From the NCBI GenBank assembly GCA_964646415.1, contig CAZYEL010000004.1, positions 539 to 64,538 of the forward strand: DNA of 64,000 nucleotides, written 5' to 3'. The notes under the pieces were generated by a model. The model worked only from the letters and a program-made list of their open reading frames with translations, was not told where the DNA came from and made no database searches. Source of the DNA: an uncultured Candidatus Saccharibacteria bacterium (GTDB taxonomy: Bacteria; Patescibacteriota; Minisyncoccia; UBA6257; 2-01-FULL-56-20). Position numbers and translations under genes: made by a program. This document shows positions 1 to 9,745 of this stretch, piece by piece; position 1 is the stretch's first letter; each line of letters begins with the position of its first letter.

Positions 1-52
1 TCCGCATATCATTACTGCGGAAGCCCGACCCGTTTTTGATATACTTACCGCA

Positions 53-505
53 ATGCCCCGCGCTTTGAGAAACATCGACATCCGCATCATTAGAGCGCTC
101 CGCCGCGTGGGCGTGCCCCTTGCACGCATAGCGCTCTTCGTCGTCTACTTTTGGTTTGGCGCCTTGAAGCTCTTCGGCGCAAGCCCGGCAAGCCCTCTCG
201 TGGAAGGTCTTCTTGAGAAAACACTCCCGTTTCTCTCCTTTGATACGTTCATCGTGGGATTTGCAATGTATGAGATGCTTATCGGCATCTTCTTCCTTAT
301 ACCAGGACTTGAGCGACTCGCGATTGCGCTTCTTATCCCCCACCTTGCGATGACCGCGCTCCCCCTCATACTCCTTCCTTCGCTCACCTGGGTAGCACCG
401 TTCGCCCCCACGCTCGAGGGGCAATACATCGTAAAAAATCTTTTGATTATCGCGCTTGCATTCGGGCTTGCAGCGCAGCTCCGCCCCATGCAGCGAAAAA
501 AGTAA
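53..505 (+). CDS. small polytopic membrane protein (DoxX-like, uncertain)
   Basis: 150-aa ORF with 3-4 hydrophobic helices, no catalytic motif seen. Confidence 0.4.
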   Translation: MPRALRNIDIRIIRALRRVGVPLARIALFVVYFWFGALKLFGASPASPLVEGLLEKTLPFLSFDTFIVGFAMYEMLIGIFFLIPGLERLAIALLIPHLAMTALPLILLPSLTWVAPFAPTLEGQYIVKNLLIIALAFGLAAQLRPMQRKK

Positions 506-514
506 CATCGTGCA

Positions 515-1390
515 ATGCACATAGTGGGTATTCTTTTCGCATTCGGCGCACTCCTTTCCTGGATTGGCGGCGATTTTTTTATCCAGCGCTCAACCCGCAA
601 AGTCGGCGATTGGGAAACGCTCTTCTTCATCGGCGCGGTGGGACTCGTCGGCATCTTCCCCTTTGTGCGGAACGAACTTCCTGCGCTCTTTGCAAATCAG
701 GAGCACATCGTTTTCCTGCTTACGCTCTCCGTCATCACGCTTGTCGCGGCGCTCTTCCTCTTTGAGGGCGTAAAGCGCGGCAAGCTTGCCGTGATTGAAC
801 CGGTGTACGGCCTTGAGCTTCCCTTCACCGTCGCCTTCAGCTATATCTTCGCGCACGAGCGCTTTCCCGCATACGTCTACGGCCTTATCTTTATGGTATT
901 CGCGGGAATCTTCCTCACCGTCGCAAAGCACCTCACCCACCTCCACTTTCATAAAACAATCCTCGAGAAAGGAGTCGTGTGGGCGGGCATCGGCTCCATC
1001 GGCATGGGATTTATGAATTATCTCTGGGGCGTGGGAAGCCAGACCATCTCCCCGCTCGCCACCATTTGGTTCGTCCACTCATTCCTCGCGATTGCCTGTT
1101 TCTTGTATCTCTTTGTGCACGGCAAACTCCCCATACTCGCCTCGCACTTTCGGCACGGCATCACGAACGTCATACCCGCGAGCATTTTCGATAACCTCGC
1201 CTGGACCTTTTACGGCTACTCGATGACCCTCATCCCCATCTCCATCGCCACCACCATCAGCGAGAGCTACATCGCAGGGCTTGTCCTTATTGGAATCGTC
1301 ATCAATCGGGAGAAAGTGGTGTGGCACCAGCGGCTGGGCATCGTGCTCGTCATCGCAGGCACCGCACTCATTTCGTGGTGGTTTGGGTGA
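515..1390 (+). CDS. EamA/DMT family transporter
   Basis: 291 aa, ~10 TM helices, two repeated 5-TM halves typical of the drug/metabolite transporter superfamily. Confidence 0.65.
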   Translation: MHIVGILFAFGALLSWIGGDFFIQRSTRKVGDWETLFFIGAVGLVGIFPFVRNELPALFANQEHIVFLLTLSVITLVAALFLFEGVKRGKLAVIEPVYGLELPFTVAFSYIFAHERFPAYVYGLIFMVFAGIFLTVAKHLTHLHFHKTILEKGVVWAGIGSIGMGFMNYLWGVGSQTISPLATIWFVHSFLAIACFLYLFVHGKLPILASHFRHGITNVIPASIFDNLAWTFYGYSMTLIPISIATTISESYIAGLVLIGIVINREKVVWHQRLGIVLVIAGTALISWWFG

Positions 1391-1436
1391 GTAACGTCAA
1401 GCAAAAACGGGCTTGTGAGAGAGGCAAATTCAAGGT

Positions 1437-3536
1437 ATGATTATGGCGTCGCAACAGGCGACTCTTTTTCATAATGCAATGCCTAAAAAAGCAGTAAAAA
1501 CGAGCGTAAAAAAAGAAGAGGCGAAGGGCGGGATTCCCAAACCGACCTCTTATGAAGCGAAGGATATCTACGTCCTTGAGGGGCTTGAGCCCGTCCGGAA
1601 ACGGCCGGGTATGTACATCGGCTCCACCGGTCCCGACGGACTCCATCACCTCGTCTGGGAAGTTGCGGACAACTCGATTGACGAAGCGATGGCGGGCTTC
1701 GCAAAGAACATCACCGTGGAACTTTTGCCCGACAAAAGCGTGGCGGTGACCGATGACGGCCGGGGCATTCCCGTCGAAACCCACCATCAGACGAAAAAGT
1801 CCGCACTCGAAACCGTAATGACCACGCTCCACGCCGGCGGCAAGTTTGGCGGCGAGTCGTATAAAGTCTCGGGCGGGCTCCATGGCGTGGGTGTTTCCGT
1901 CGTGAATGCACTCTCCGAATGGCTCCGCGCGGAAGTGTGCCGCAACGGAATCAGGTATGCGCAGGAATACAAACGCGGCGCTCCAACCGCCAAGGTGAAG
2001 AAAATCGGGACGTGCGGGCACACGGGTACCAAAGTCACCTTCTTCCCCGACGCGCAGATATTTCAGGAAATCGCGTTCAACGAGAAAAGAATCTTGGACC
2101 ACCTTCGCCAGCAGGCATATCTCACGAAAGGCGTGCGCATCAACTTCTTCGACAGGCGCGGAGAATCCGTTTCCTGCCACGGATTCTACTTCGAGGGAGG
2201 GCTGCTCTCGTTCGTGAAGCATCTCACCTACGACAAGAAACGGCTCCAGGAAGATGTTTTCCATATTCAAAAAGTGCACAGCGAGCTCGACGTTGAAGCC
2301 GCGTTTCTCTACATAGACGACTCTAAAACCGAGGAGCTCTCCTTTGCGAATAACATCTATACCCCCGACGGCGGGATGCACCTCACCGGTTTTCGCTCCG
2401 CCTTGACGAGAACTTTGAATAACTATGCACGCACCGAAGGGTATCTCAAGGAAAAGGACGAGAACTTCACGGCGGACGACGTGCGCGAAGGCATGGTCGC
2501 GGTTATCTCCGTAAAACTCCGCGAACCCCAATTCGAAGGGCAAACGAAAGCCCGCCTCGGGAATCCGGAAGCACGCACCTCAACCGAAGCAGTGGTGAAC
2601 GAATCCCTCAAAGAGTTCCTTGAGCGGCATCCGCAGGAAGCGCGCCGCATCATCGAAAAAGTGCTCCTCACCGCGAAAGCCCGCATTGCCGCCAAAGCCG
2701 CGAAGGAAACCGTGCTTCGGAAAGGCGCGCTTGAAGGGCTTACGCTTCCCGGAAAGCTTGCCGACTGCACTTCGAAAGACGCATCTGAATCGGAACTTTT
2801 CATTGTCGAGGGGGATTCCGCAGGCGGCACCGCGAAACAGGGGCGCGACCGGAGAACACAGGCGATCTTCCCGCTCCGCGGGAAGCCGCTGAACGTGGAG
2901 AAGGCGCGCCTCGACAAGATGCTCGCAAACACCGAAATCCGTTCGCTTGTGGTCGCCATAGGCACCGCCATCGCCGACGAATTCAATATGACAAGCCTCC
3001 GTTACCACAAAATAATCATCATGAGCGACGCCGATGTGGACGGCGCGCACATCAGGACGCTCCTCCTCACGCTTTTCTTCCGCCACTTCAGACCCGTAGT
3101 CGACGGCGGGTATGTGTATATCGCCCAGCCGCCGCTCTACCAGATAAAATCCGGCAAGAACGTGCACTACGCGTGGCTTGATGCGGAAAAAGACAAAATC
3201 CTTGCCTCGCTCGCCGCGCAGGCAAAGGCGAAAGGCAAACCAACGAAGGCGAAAGAAGAGGACGGGAATGAAGATGGAGATGAGAATAAGGACGAAGCAT
3301 CCGGGGAAAAAATTTCCGGCGTGAATGTACAGCGCTATAAAGGGTTGGGCGAAATGAATGCCGAGCAGCTTTGGGAAACTACTATGAATCCCGAACGCCG
3401 CATTTTGAAACAAGTTACCATCGACGACGCGGCGGAAGCAGACCGCCTCTTTGACATCCTTATGGGAGACGAAGTGGAACCCCGCAAGAAGTTCATCCAG
3501 ACTCACGCCGCTTCCGTGCAAAATCTTGACATATAA
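1437..3536 (+). CDS. gyrB: DNA gyrase subunit B
   Basis: 699 aa; GHKL ATPase motifs (GLHGVG), toprim EGDSAGG, PLRGK, C-terminal QTHAASVQNLDI-like tail. Confidence 0.95.
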   Translation: MIMASQQATLFHNAMPKKAVKTSVKKEEAKGGIPKPTSYEAKDIYVLEGLEPVRKRPGMYIGSTGPDGLHHLVWEVADNSIDEAMAGFAKNITVELLPDKSVAVTDDGRGIPVETHHQTKKSALETVMTTLHAGGKFGGESYKVSGGLHGVGVSVVNALSEWLRAEVCRNGIRYAQEYKRGAPTAKVKKIGTCGHTGTKVTFFPDAQIFQEIAFNEKRILDHLRQQAYLTKGVRINFFDRRGESVSCHGFYFEGGLLSFVKHLTYDKKRLQEDVFHIQKVHSELDVEAAFLYIDDSKTEELSFANNIYTPDGGMHLTGFRSALTRTLNNYARTEGYLKEKDENFTADDVREGMVAVISVKLREPQFEGQTKARLGNPEARTSTEAVVNESLKEFLERHPQEARRIIEKVLLTAKARIAAKAAKETVLRKGALEGLTLPGKLADCTSKDASESELFIVEGDSAGGTAKQGRDRRTQAIFPLRGKPLNVEKARLDKMLANTEIRSLVVAIGTAIADEFNMTSLRYHKIIIMSDADVDGAHIRTLLLTLFFRHFRPVVDGGYVYIAQPPLYQIKSGKNVHYAWLDAEKDKILASLAAQAKAKGKPTKAKEEDGNEDGDENKDEASGEKISGVNVQRYKGLGEMNAEQLWETTMNPERRILKQVTIDDAAEADRLFDILMGDEVEPRKKFIQTHAASVQNLDI

Positions 3537-3579
3537 CAGTAAAACCTATAGGGTAGATACGTTTATTAGGCCACTTAGC

Positions 3580-3768
3580 ATGTTTCGGAAAACAACGAAA
3601 TTTCTCCAAGAATCCCGCGAAGAGCTTCGCCACGTCAACTGGCCCACACGGAATGAGGCGGTTCGCCTTACCACGGTTGTGGTCGGCTTGTCGGTGGGAC
3701 TTGCGGTGTTTTTGGGGGCATTCGATTACGGATTCACCACGCTCATAAAAACGCTCATCGCACGATAA
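3580..3768 (+). CDS. secE: preprotein translocase subunit SecE
   Basis: 62 aa from internal ATG of ORF 3451-3768; ELRHVNWPTRNEA motif followed by a single TM helix; sits directly upstream of nusG (conserved secE-nusG order). Confidence 0.8.
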   Translation: MFRKTTKFLQESREELRHVNWPTRNEAVRLTTVVVGLSVGLAVFLGAFDYGFTTLIKTLIAR

Positions 3769-3770
3769 GC

Positions 3771-4331
3771 ATGACGAAAAAACTTCAAGAAGAAGCGGGG
3801 ACGGCCGCACGGGAGTGGTACGCCGTGCAAACCTACTCCGGGTACGAGGAGGCGGTCGCGCGGTACCTGAAACAGCGCATTGAATCGCTCGCGATGAACG
3901 ACAAAATTTTCAACGTGATCGTTCCAAAAGAAAAGCGCATCCGCGTGAAAAGCGGACGCCGCCAGACAATCGAAGAGAAAATATATCCGGGGTATGTCCT
4001 TGTGGATATGGTTCTGACCGAAGACTCGTGGTATGTGGTGCGGAACACTCCCCGCGTCACCGGATTCGTGGGACCGGACAATACCAAACCCACTCCCCTC
4101 TCCAAAGCGGAAGTGGAATCGCTTCTTGCACGCATAGGGCAAGACGAGAACAAGTTCACGGTTGATATCAAACCGGGAGACTTGGTGAAAATCATCGATG
4201 GTCCGTTCAAGGAATATGATGGAAAAGTTTCCGAGGTGGATGAAACGAGAAACCGCATTAAAGTCATGGTGCCTATCTTCGGACGCGACACCGCAGTCGA
4301 ACTCGACTCCCTCCAAGTCAAGAAAATCTAG
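3771..4331 (+). CDS. nusG: transcription termination/antitermination factor NusG
   Basis: 186 aa; NGN domain (EWYAVQTYSGYE) and C-terminal KOW (GDLVKIIDGPFKEYDGKV). Confidence 0.9.
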   Translation: MTKKLQEEAGTAAREWYAVQTYSGYEEAVARYLKQRIESLAMNDKIFNVIVPKEKRIRVKSGRRQTIEEKIYPGYVLVDMVLTEDSWYVVRNTPRVTGFVGPDNTKPTPLSKAEVESLLARIGQDENKFTVDIKPGDLVKIIDGPFKEYDGKVSEVDETRNRIKVMVPIFGRDTAVELDSLQVKKI

Positions 4332-4404
4332 AGATGACTTGCCCAAACCAACCGTTTGCGGTATCCTCCTTAACACTCACCACTCAAAACTTATCACTAT
4401 CTTG

Positions 4405-4608
4405 ATGCCCCAACAGTGCTTCTTTTGTTCCCAAAACTTAAAAACAATCGACTATAAAGAAGTCGACCTCCTGAAGCGTTTCGTTTCGAGCCAGGCAAAA
4501 ATTATCGACCCGAAACACACGGGCGTTTGCGCATCACACCAGCGGAAACTTGCCGCAGCGATTAAGTATGCCCGCTTCATGGCGCTTCTGCCTTTTGTCC
4601 GCAGATAA
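4405..4608 (+). CDS. rpsR: 30S ribosomal protein S18 (bS18)
   Basis: 67 aa from internal ATG of ORF 4198-4608; IDYKEVDLLKRFVS...TGVCASHQRKLAAAIKYARFMALLPF matches the S18 signature. Confidence 0.85.
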   Translation: MPQQCFFCSQNLKTIDYKEVDLLKRFVSSQAKIIDPKHTGVCASHQRKLAAAIKYARFMALLPFVRR

Positions 4609-4653
4609 GTCTAGTCATTAGGACTTAGCCCTGCCTACCGGCAGGCAGGCATT

Positions 4654-4680
4654 GGCCATTAAAATTTAATGGCTTTTTTG
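4654..4680 (+). terminator. rho-independent terminator after rpsR
   Basis: hairpin GGCCATTAAAATTTAATGGC followed by TTTTTT. Confidence 0.55.
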
Positions 4681-4721
4681 TTATTATTCCTCTAGGCCTA
4701 AGTCCTAATGGCTAATTTTTA

Positions 4722-5321
4722 ATGGCTGGCATCAACGAAACTCTCGCCCAGTGGTTTTTCAGTCTTGCGCACATACATCCTCTGCTCGACGCAGTAATTG
4801 TTTTCCTCGCCCGCCAACTCCCGTATCTCCTCGTAATCGGTGCCGTGTTATTCATTCTTACCGAACGGAGGCGTCGTCACCGGATCTTCCTTTTCCTCGA
4901 AGTCGCGCTCGCCCTCCTCCTCTCCCGCGGGCTTCTCACCGAAGGAATCCGTTTCTTCCACCATGCCCAGCGACCCTTCGAAGTATGGCTTGCTACGCCG
5001 CTCGTGAACGAAACACTCGGGAATTCATTCCCTTCGGGGCACGCATCCTTTTATTTCGCGTTGGCAACGATTCTCCTTTTCAAAAACCGCCCGTGGGGAC
5101 TCACTTTTGGAGTGCTTGCGCTCATAAACGGCATGGCGCGCATCGCCTCGGGGGTACACTGGCCTGGCGATGTGCTCGCCGGGGCGTTCATCGGCATCGG
5201 GTGCGCGCTTATCGTCCGCCTTCTCCTTGCGCGAACCTCGAAAGCGCTCCGCATTGAAACCGCCCCGGTACCTCCTCCGCGCGAAGCACCTTCTGCCGAA
5301 ACGGGCGCAGACGCCGCATAA
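4722..5321 (+). CDS. PAP2 family phosphatase (undecaprenyl-diphosphatase-like)
   Basis: 199 aa membrane protein with PAP2 motifs PSGHA and SGVHWPGDV. Confidence 0.75.
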   Translation: MAGINETLAQWFFSLAHIHPLLDAVIVFLARQLPYLLVIGAVLFILTERRRRHRIFLFLEVALALLLSRGLLTEGIRFFHHAQRPFEVWLATPLVNETLGNSFPSGHASFYFALATILLFKNRPWGLTFGVLALINGMARIASGVHWPGDVLAGAFIGIGCALIVRLLLARTSKALRIETAPVPPPREAPSAETGADAA

Positions 5322-5357
5322 TACGCCGCGCCTTTTTATTCAATCCCCGCCGAATAG

Positions 5358-5377
5358 CCCCACGCGCGAGCGTGGGG
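5358..5377. terminator. bidirectional hairpin between convergent genes
   Basis: CCCCACGCGCGAGCGTGGGG perfect 8-bp stem. Confidence 0.4.
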
Positions 5378-5393
5378 ATGAAGCGGTGGCTGA

Positions 5394-5828
5394 TTACCGT
5401 CTCCCCATTCCAAAACCTTTTCCCATCATATTCATACCTCCGTGCGGGCGACCTTCCATAAACTTCAGCCGCTGGTCCGCCTGCGCCTGGGTAATCACAC
5501 CTTTATTCACAAGCGCTTGGAGATGCAGCTTCATCTGTGCCGTGCGGGCATCCTGGAGCTTCTGCTGTAACCGCTCCTTTGTAATACCGCGGTCGGCGGC
5601 AATCTGAAACATGTTTTTCCCCTCCGCCCAACCCCGCTTCACATCATCCACGCTTATTCCCAAGAGCGTTGCCTCGCTCTGGAACATCGCCTGATGCCGT
5701 GAGACAACTTCATCAGGGGCCAGCGTACTCCCAAAGCCGAATCCGAAACCGTGGGCGGAAGCAACGCCCGCGCCGAGAAACCCTGCGGCTATTGCGGGAA
5801 AAAATGCGTATACAATAAATTTTTTCAT
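5394..5828 (-). CDS. secreted hypothetical protein with Met/Gly-rich C-terminus
   Basis: signal peptide MKKFIVYAFFPAIAAGFLGAGVASA; C-terminal tail HGGMNMMGKGFGMGRR; start taken at internal ATG. Confidence 0.5.
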   Translation of the reverse strand: MKKFIVYAFFPAIAAGFLGAGVASAHGFGFGFGSTLAPDEVVSRHQAMFQSEATLLGISVDDVKRGWAEGKNMFQIAADRGITKERLQQKLQDARTAQMKLHLQALVNKGVITQAQADQRLKFMEGRPHGGMNMMGKGFGMGRR

Positions 5829-6045
5829 GATTTTTGAAAAAAATACTCGCCTCTTTAGAGCCGTGCACACACCACGCTACCCGCTAATTACTACAAGGAA
5901 GCGCTGAGAATTCTTTCATGTGAAAAAACGCGGAAGCCGGACTCCGCCATGTTAAAAGCCTAAACACATGGCACGTCCGGCTCCCAACCCTCCATTCATT
6001 ACTACAACATACGTGATTTTCTTATTTCAGCCCTGCTCCGAAGAA

Positions 6046-6726
6046 TCATTCCTCGATCCGTTCAATCCCATATGCATCAATCGAATTCCTCGTCCCCTCG
6101 CCGAAAATGAACACAGAGTCGCCCTCACGGAACCGGCCCATGGGAGGCCTCTTGCGCGGCGGGAACATCACGCTTGAAGTTGTGCCGTCGGCATTTTCGA
6201 ACATAAACCCGTTCGGCATCATTTGCCTCATTCTGCCGCGGTGAATGTCGCGGAAATGGGGCGTGCCAAAATGGCGGTAAAACCTGTCCGCAAAGAGCGG
6301 AAGCGAACCATGCTGCGCGGCTCCCAATACGCTCCTATGCCAGGGCGCCGCAATGAGCCCGCCCAATGCCACAATGAGAGCGACCCCCACAAGCGAATAT
6401 AACAGAGGCTTCCGGTACGCGAACTCATACTTCCGCACGAGCACTTCAAGCGCCACAATGAAGCCCACCGAGAAAAATATGAGCACCCACGGGAGCGAGC
6501 GGAGAAACGTGAGCCACCCGCGGGAACCGAACTGCGGCGCAAACCATGCGCCGCTTTGGCGGAGTGAAAACACCATGAAACTTGCAAGGTACAAAAGCGC
6601 GAGGAGAAGGAGTGCCACTCCCGCCCCGATAAGCGCGCGCTCGAACACAAAGTGCCATCGCGGGCGCATTTTCGCATGCCCCTCTCTGATAACGCCGAGT
6701 ATCTTTTCTTTAAGGTTTTGAGTCAT
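6046..6726 (-). CDS. membrane protein downstream of the ECF sigma gene (putative anti-sigma factor)
   Basis: overlaps the sigma gene stop by 17 nt; two TM helices then a soluble C-terminal domain; function inferred from position only. Confidence 0.4.
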   Translation of the reverse strand: MTQNLKEKILGVIREGHAKMRPRWHFVFERALIGAGVALLLLALLYLASFMVFSLRQSGAWFAPQFGSRGWLTFLRSLPWVLIFFSVGFIVALEVLVRKYEFAYRKPLLYSLVGVALIVALGGLIAAPWHRSVLGAAQHGSLPLFADRFYRHFGTPHFRDIHRGRMRQMMPNGFMFENADGTTSSVMFPPRKRPPMGRFREGDSVFIFGEGTRNSIDAYGIERIEE

Positions 6727-7293
6727 AAGGTAATTGCAATTTCGTTGCGGCTTCCCGCAGGGCGTCCTTTCCTCGCCGCAGGCGCACGCCAACCGTCGAC
6801 ACGGGAATCCGTAAAATGTCGGCAATTTCTTTATAATCCATGTCTTCGTAGTAATACAGCACAAGGGGCTCCCGATATTTCGCCCCAAGAGAAGCAAGAT
6901 ACCGGTCAAGCATGCGCCGTAACTCATTCCGTTGCGCCTCGCCGTCGGCAGTTTCCTCCGCAACCGGATGCGGCAAAATAGTGTCAAAATCAAAAAGGGA
7001 AAACATCTCGCGCCCCGATTTTTTCTTCAAGGCATTCACAAACTCGTTGTGGGCAATGCGATACATCCATGAAGAAAACTTCCGCGTCGCGTCGAATCCC
7101 TTGATGTTCACATACGCCTTAAGGAACGCATCCTGCACGATATCCTTCACGTCGTCGCCCGACGCAAGAAAACGCCGTCCGTACCGCATAAGTTTTTCTT
7201 CATAACGCTTAACAAGTTCGCCAAACGCCTCCACGTTCCCCTGTTGCGCCTCAGCGGCAATCACCTCATCCGACATATCGGGGCGAATGACCA
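6710..7293 (-). CDS. RNA polymerase sigma-70 ECF-subfamily sigma factor
   Basis: sigma region 2 (DIVQDAFLKAY, FSSWMYRIAHNE) and region 4 HTH (YYEDMDYKEIADILRIPVSTVGVRLRRG). Confidence 0.85.
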
Positions 7294-7342
7294 TAGAGCT
7301 ACTACAACATACCCCGGCGACATATTTCAAGCTCCCGCACTT

Positions 7343-8179
7343 TTACAAACGCGCGCCCGTAAGATTACCGCTCTCGTATCGCCGGACTCCTTTGCGGAGC
7401 ACCCACACCGCAATCGCGGTCCAGAGCGCGGCGACAAGCCACACGACGGCTATCTTCACGACGCTCCAGCCCTGCACCGCCTCCACGGGGATGCCCCCGA
7501 TTGCAAGCGCGGGGAGAACAAAGATAAAAAAGAACCGCATGAAACCCTGGAACATTCCGGCGGGGTACAAGCTCGGCCCGAGCACTGATTCAAAGCTGAA
7601 TTTCGCAATCTCCGTGGCATCGTGGATAAAAAATCCGATGCATGCGGTCGCAAGAAGAAAGTTCATCATAATGAGCGCCGCCGGAAGTATCAGCGTCCCC
7701 AGCGCGAGAATTTGTCCGGCTGAAGGATGGGAAAAGAACCAATATACGCCGAGAAGCAAGATGCCGAAAAATATATCCCCTATTGCGGAAACCCGCGTGG
7801 TGAGGGTAAAAATGCGTGCATAGAGATTCCGCGGCGTGAGCAGTACCGAATCAAAGGCGCCGGTATAAATCGCGCTCGGAAGTTCATCCGCGCCGGAGAA
7901 AAATGAGAATACGATGCCGAACGCGAGCGCTACGAATCCTTGAAGCGCAATCGTTTCCTGTATATTCCATCCGTTGATGGTGCCAAACGCACCGAAGAAC
8001 AGCCACCACAAGAGCACGAAAGTGATGTTATTCACCATCATGCCCACAATCTGCATGGCGAAGGATATCCGCAGTTCCGCCGCGGACGCGATGTTGCACC
8101 GTATATATGCGGCAGCGACCCGAAGCTCCATACCCGCCGCACGCCGCCACACACGAAAATTTTTCTTCGTGAATCGCAT
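7343..8179 (-). CDS. ABC-2 family transporter permease
   Basis: 278 aa, 6 TM helices, ABC-2 exporter-like topology, in operon with the ABC ATPase. Confidence 0.65.
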   Translation of the reverse strand: MRFTKKNFRVWRRAAGMELRVAAAYIRCNIASAAELRISFAMQIVGMMVNNITFVLLWWLFFGAFGTINGWNIQETIALQGFVALAFGIVFSFFSGADELPSAIYTGAFDSVLLTPRNLYARIFTLTTRVSAIGDIFFGILLLGVYWFFSHPSAGQILALGTLILPAALIMMNFLLATACIGFFIHDATEIAKFSFESVLGPSLYPAGMFQGFMRFFFIFVLPALAIGGIPVEAVQGWSVVKIAVVWLVAALWTAIAVWVLRKGVRRYESGNLTGARL

Positions 8180-8180
8180 G

Positions 8181-9002
8181 TCAGCCCCCGTTTACCGAAA
8201 GTTTTCTCCGGACCTTTTCAAAGAGGAAAATGGCCGTGCCGCCGAGCACCGCAATCCAGAATCCCTGAAGAAGCGCCAACTGCCACCACGCGCCCGAAAA
8301 ATCAGGATTGAACATCTGTGTCGCAAACATCGGCGCGCCGAAGGGCGTGAGATTGGCAAGCGTGTGAAATGCCCCGGGGAGAAGCGCGAGCGGCACGTAG
8401 GAACCGCCAAGGATAAGCACGGCCTTGTCCACTATCCAGTATATGGGCTGCGCATCGTCAATCCAGAGCGCGGGCAAGGCAATGAGCATATAAAGCGCGG
8501 CGGAAACAACCGTCCCGCCCGCGGCGAGCACAAGCCCCGCAAGAAAACGCGGGAATGAAAAAACATCGGGCGCGCCGCCCAAAAAGAAAAGGAGAAGCGG
8601 CACCACCACTGCAACCGCCGCGAGAAAATGCAACATTCCCCTCCCGAGCTGCTCCCAAAACTTGTAAAAGAGGTATGTGTAGGGCTTATTGAGCTGCGCT
8701 TCAAGTTCCCCGCGCCGCATCTCGTCATTAATGGTTTTGAAGACCGTGCGGAACTGCGCGTAGAGCAGGAGGTGATATATTGCGATGCTCCAGATCGCCG
8801 TGGCGGCATCAATGCCGTTCACCGTCTTCCCGATATAGCGGAATGCGTAGGAGTAAATGAGGAGCATCATGACCACCCGGAATGTCGTGATGCACACGGA
8901 CGCCAGAAGCCGGTTTGGATAGTACAAACTTTCTTTAAGCGAGAGAGTAAACACCTTGCCATAGGCGCGCACCGCGCTTCCCGCGTTATACCGATGTGGC
9001 AT
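8181..9002 (-). CDS. ABC-2 family transporter permease
   Basis: 274 aa from internal ATG; 6 TM helices; overlaps the ATPase stop by 17 nt. Confidence 0.6.
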   Translation of the reverse strand: MPHRYNAGSAVRAYGKVFTLSLKESLYYPNRLLASVCITTFRVVMMLLIYSYAFRYIGKTVNGIDAATAIWSIAIYHLLLYAQFRTVFKTINDEMRRGELEAQLNKPYTYLFYKFWEQLGRGMLHFLAAVAVVVPLLLFFLGGAPDVFSFPRFLAGLVLAAGGTVVSAALYMLIALPALWIDDAQPIYWIVDKAVLILGGSYVPLALLPGAFHTLANLTPFGAPMFATQMFNPDFSGAWWQLALLQGFWIAVLGGTAIFLFEKVRRKLSVNGG

Positions 9003-9745
9003 GGGACTCGTATATTTTCCCGATAATTTCCTCGAGTGGCGGGTCTTCAATGGTAATGTCCTGGATATCCTTGTTGCGCAGAATATTCTTAATCGCATCG
9101 CCGATAGGAACCCGCGTAGTGTCCACCGCAAGAAGCGCCTCGCCTTTCTGATTTTTAAGAATATCGATGCCCTCGAGATGCATGACCGAAAGCGCATCTC
9201 TTTCCTCAAGCACCACGCGCACGATTTTCTGATTAAGATACTTTCTTTTCAGGCTCGCAGTCGCGCCGTCAAAAATGATGCGCCCGTGATTTATGATAAG
9301 CGTCCGCGCACACACCGACTCGATGTCCCCCGCATCATGCGAAGTGAGGAAAATGGTTGTCTTGAGATGCGCGTTGCTTGACTTTAAATTTTCCCGGAGC
9401 CGCCGCTTCGCCACAATATCCAGGCCGATTGTGGGTTCATCCAGGAAGACAATGGGCGGCCTATGAATTAGCGACGCCGCAATCTCGGCGCGCATCCGCT
9501 GCCCGAGCGAAAGCTTCCGCACCGGCTGGTCAAGAACATCCCCCAGCTCAAAGAGCGCGACTAGTTCATCGCGCTGCCGCTTGTATTCCGCGTCACCGAC
9601 CTCGTAAACCTTGGCGAATAAGTCGAAGGAATCGGAAATGGGAAGGTTAAAAAGCAGCTGCGAGCGCTGCCCGAAGACAGTGCCTATTTTCAAGGCAAGC
9701 CGCCGCCGGTCGTGCTGCGGGTCAAGTCCCAACACGCGCACCAGA
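8986..9745 (-). CDS. ABC transporter ATP-binding protein, C-terminal portion (Q-loop to H-loop)
   Basis: contains GTVFGQ (Q-loop), LSLGQRMR (signature), IVFLDEPTIGLD (Walker B) and H-loop; lacks Walker A. The upstream in-frame extension to 9948 has no stop but reads through structured non-coding sequence. Confidence 0.7.
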
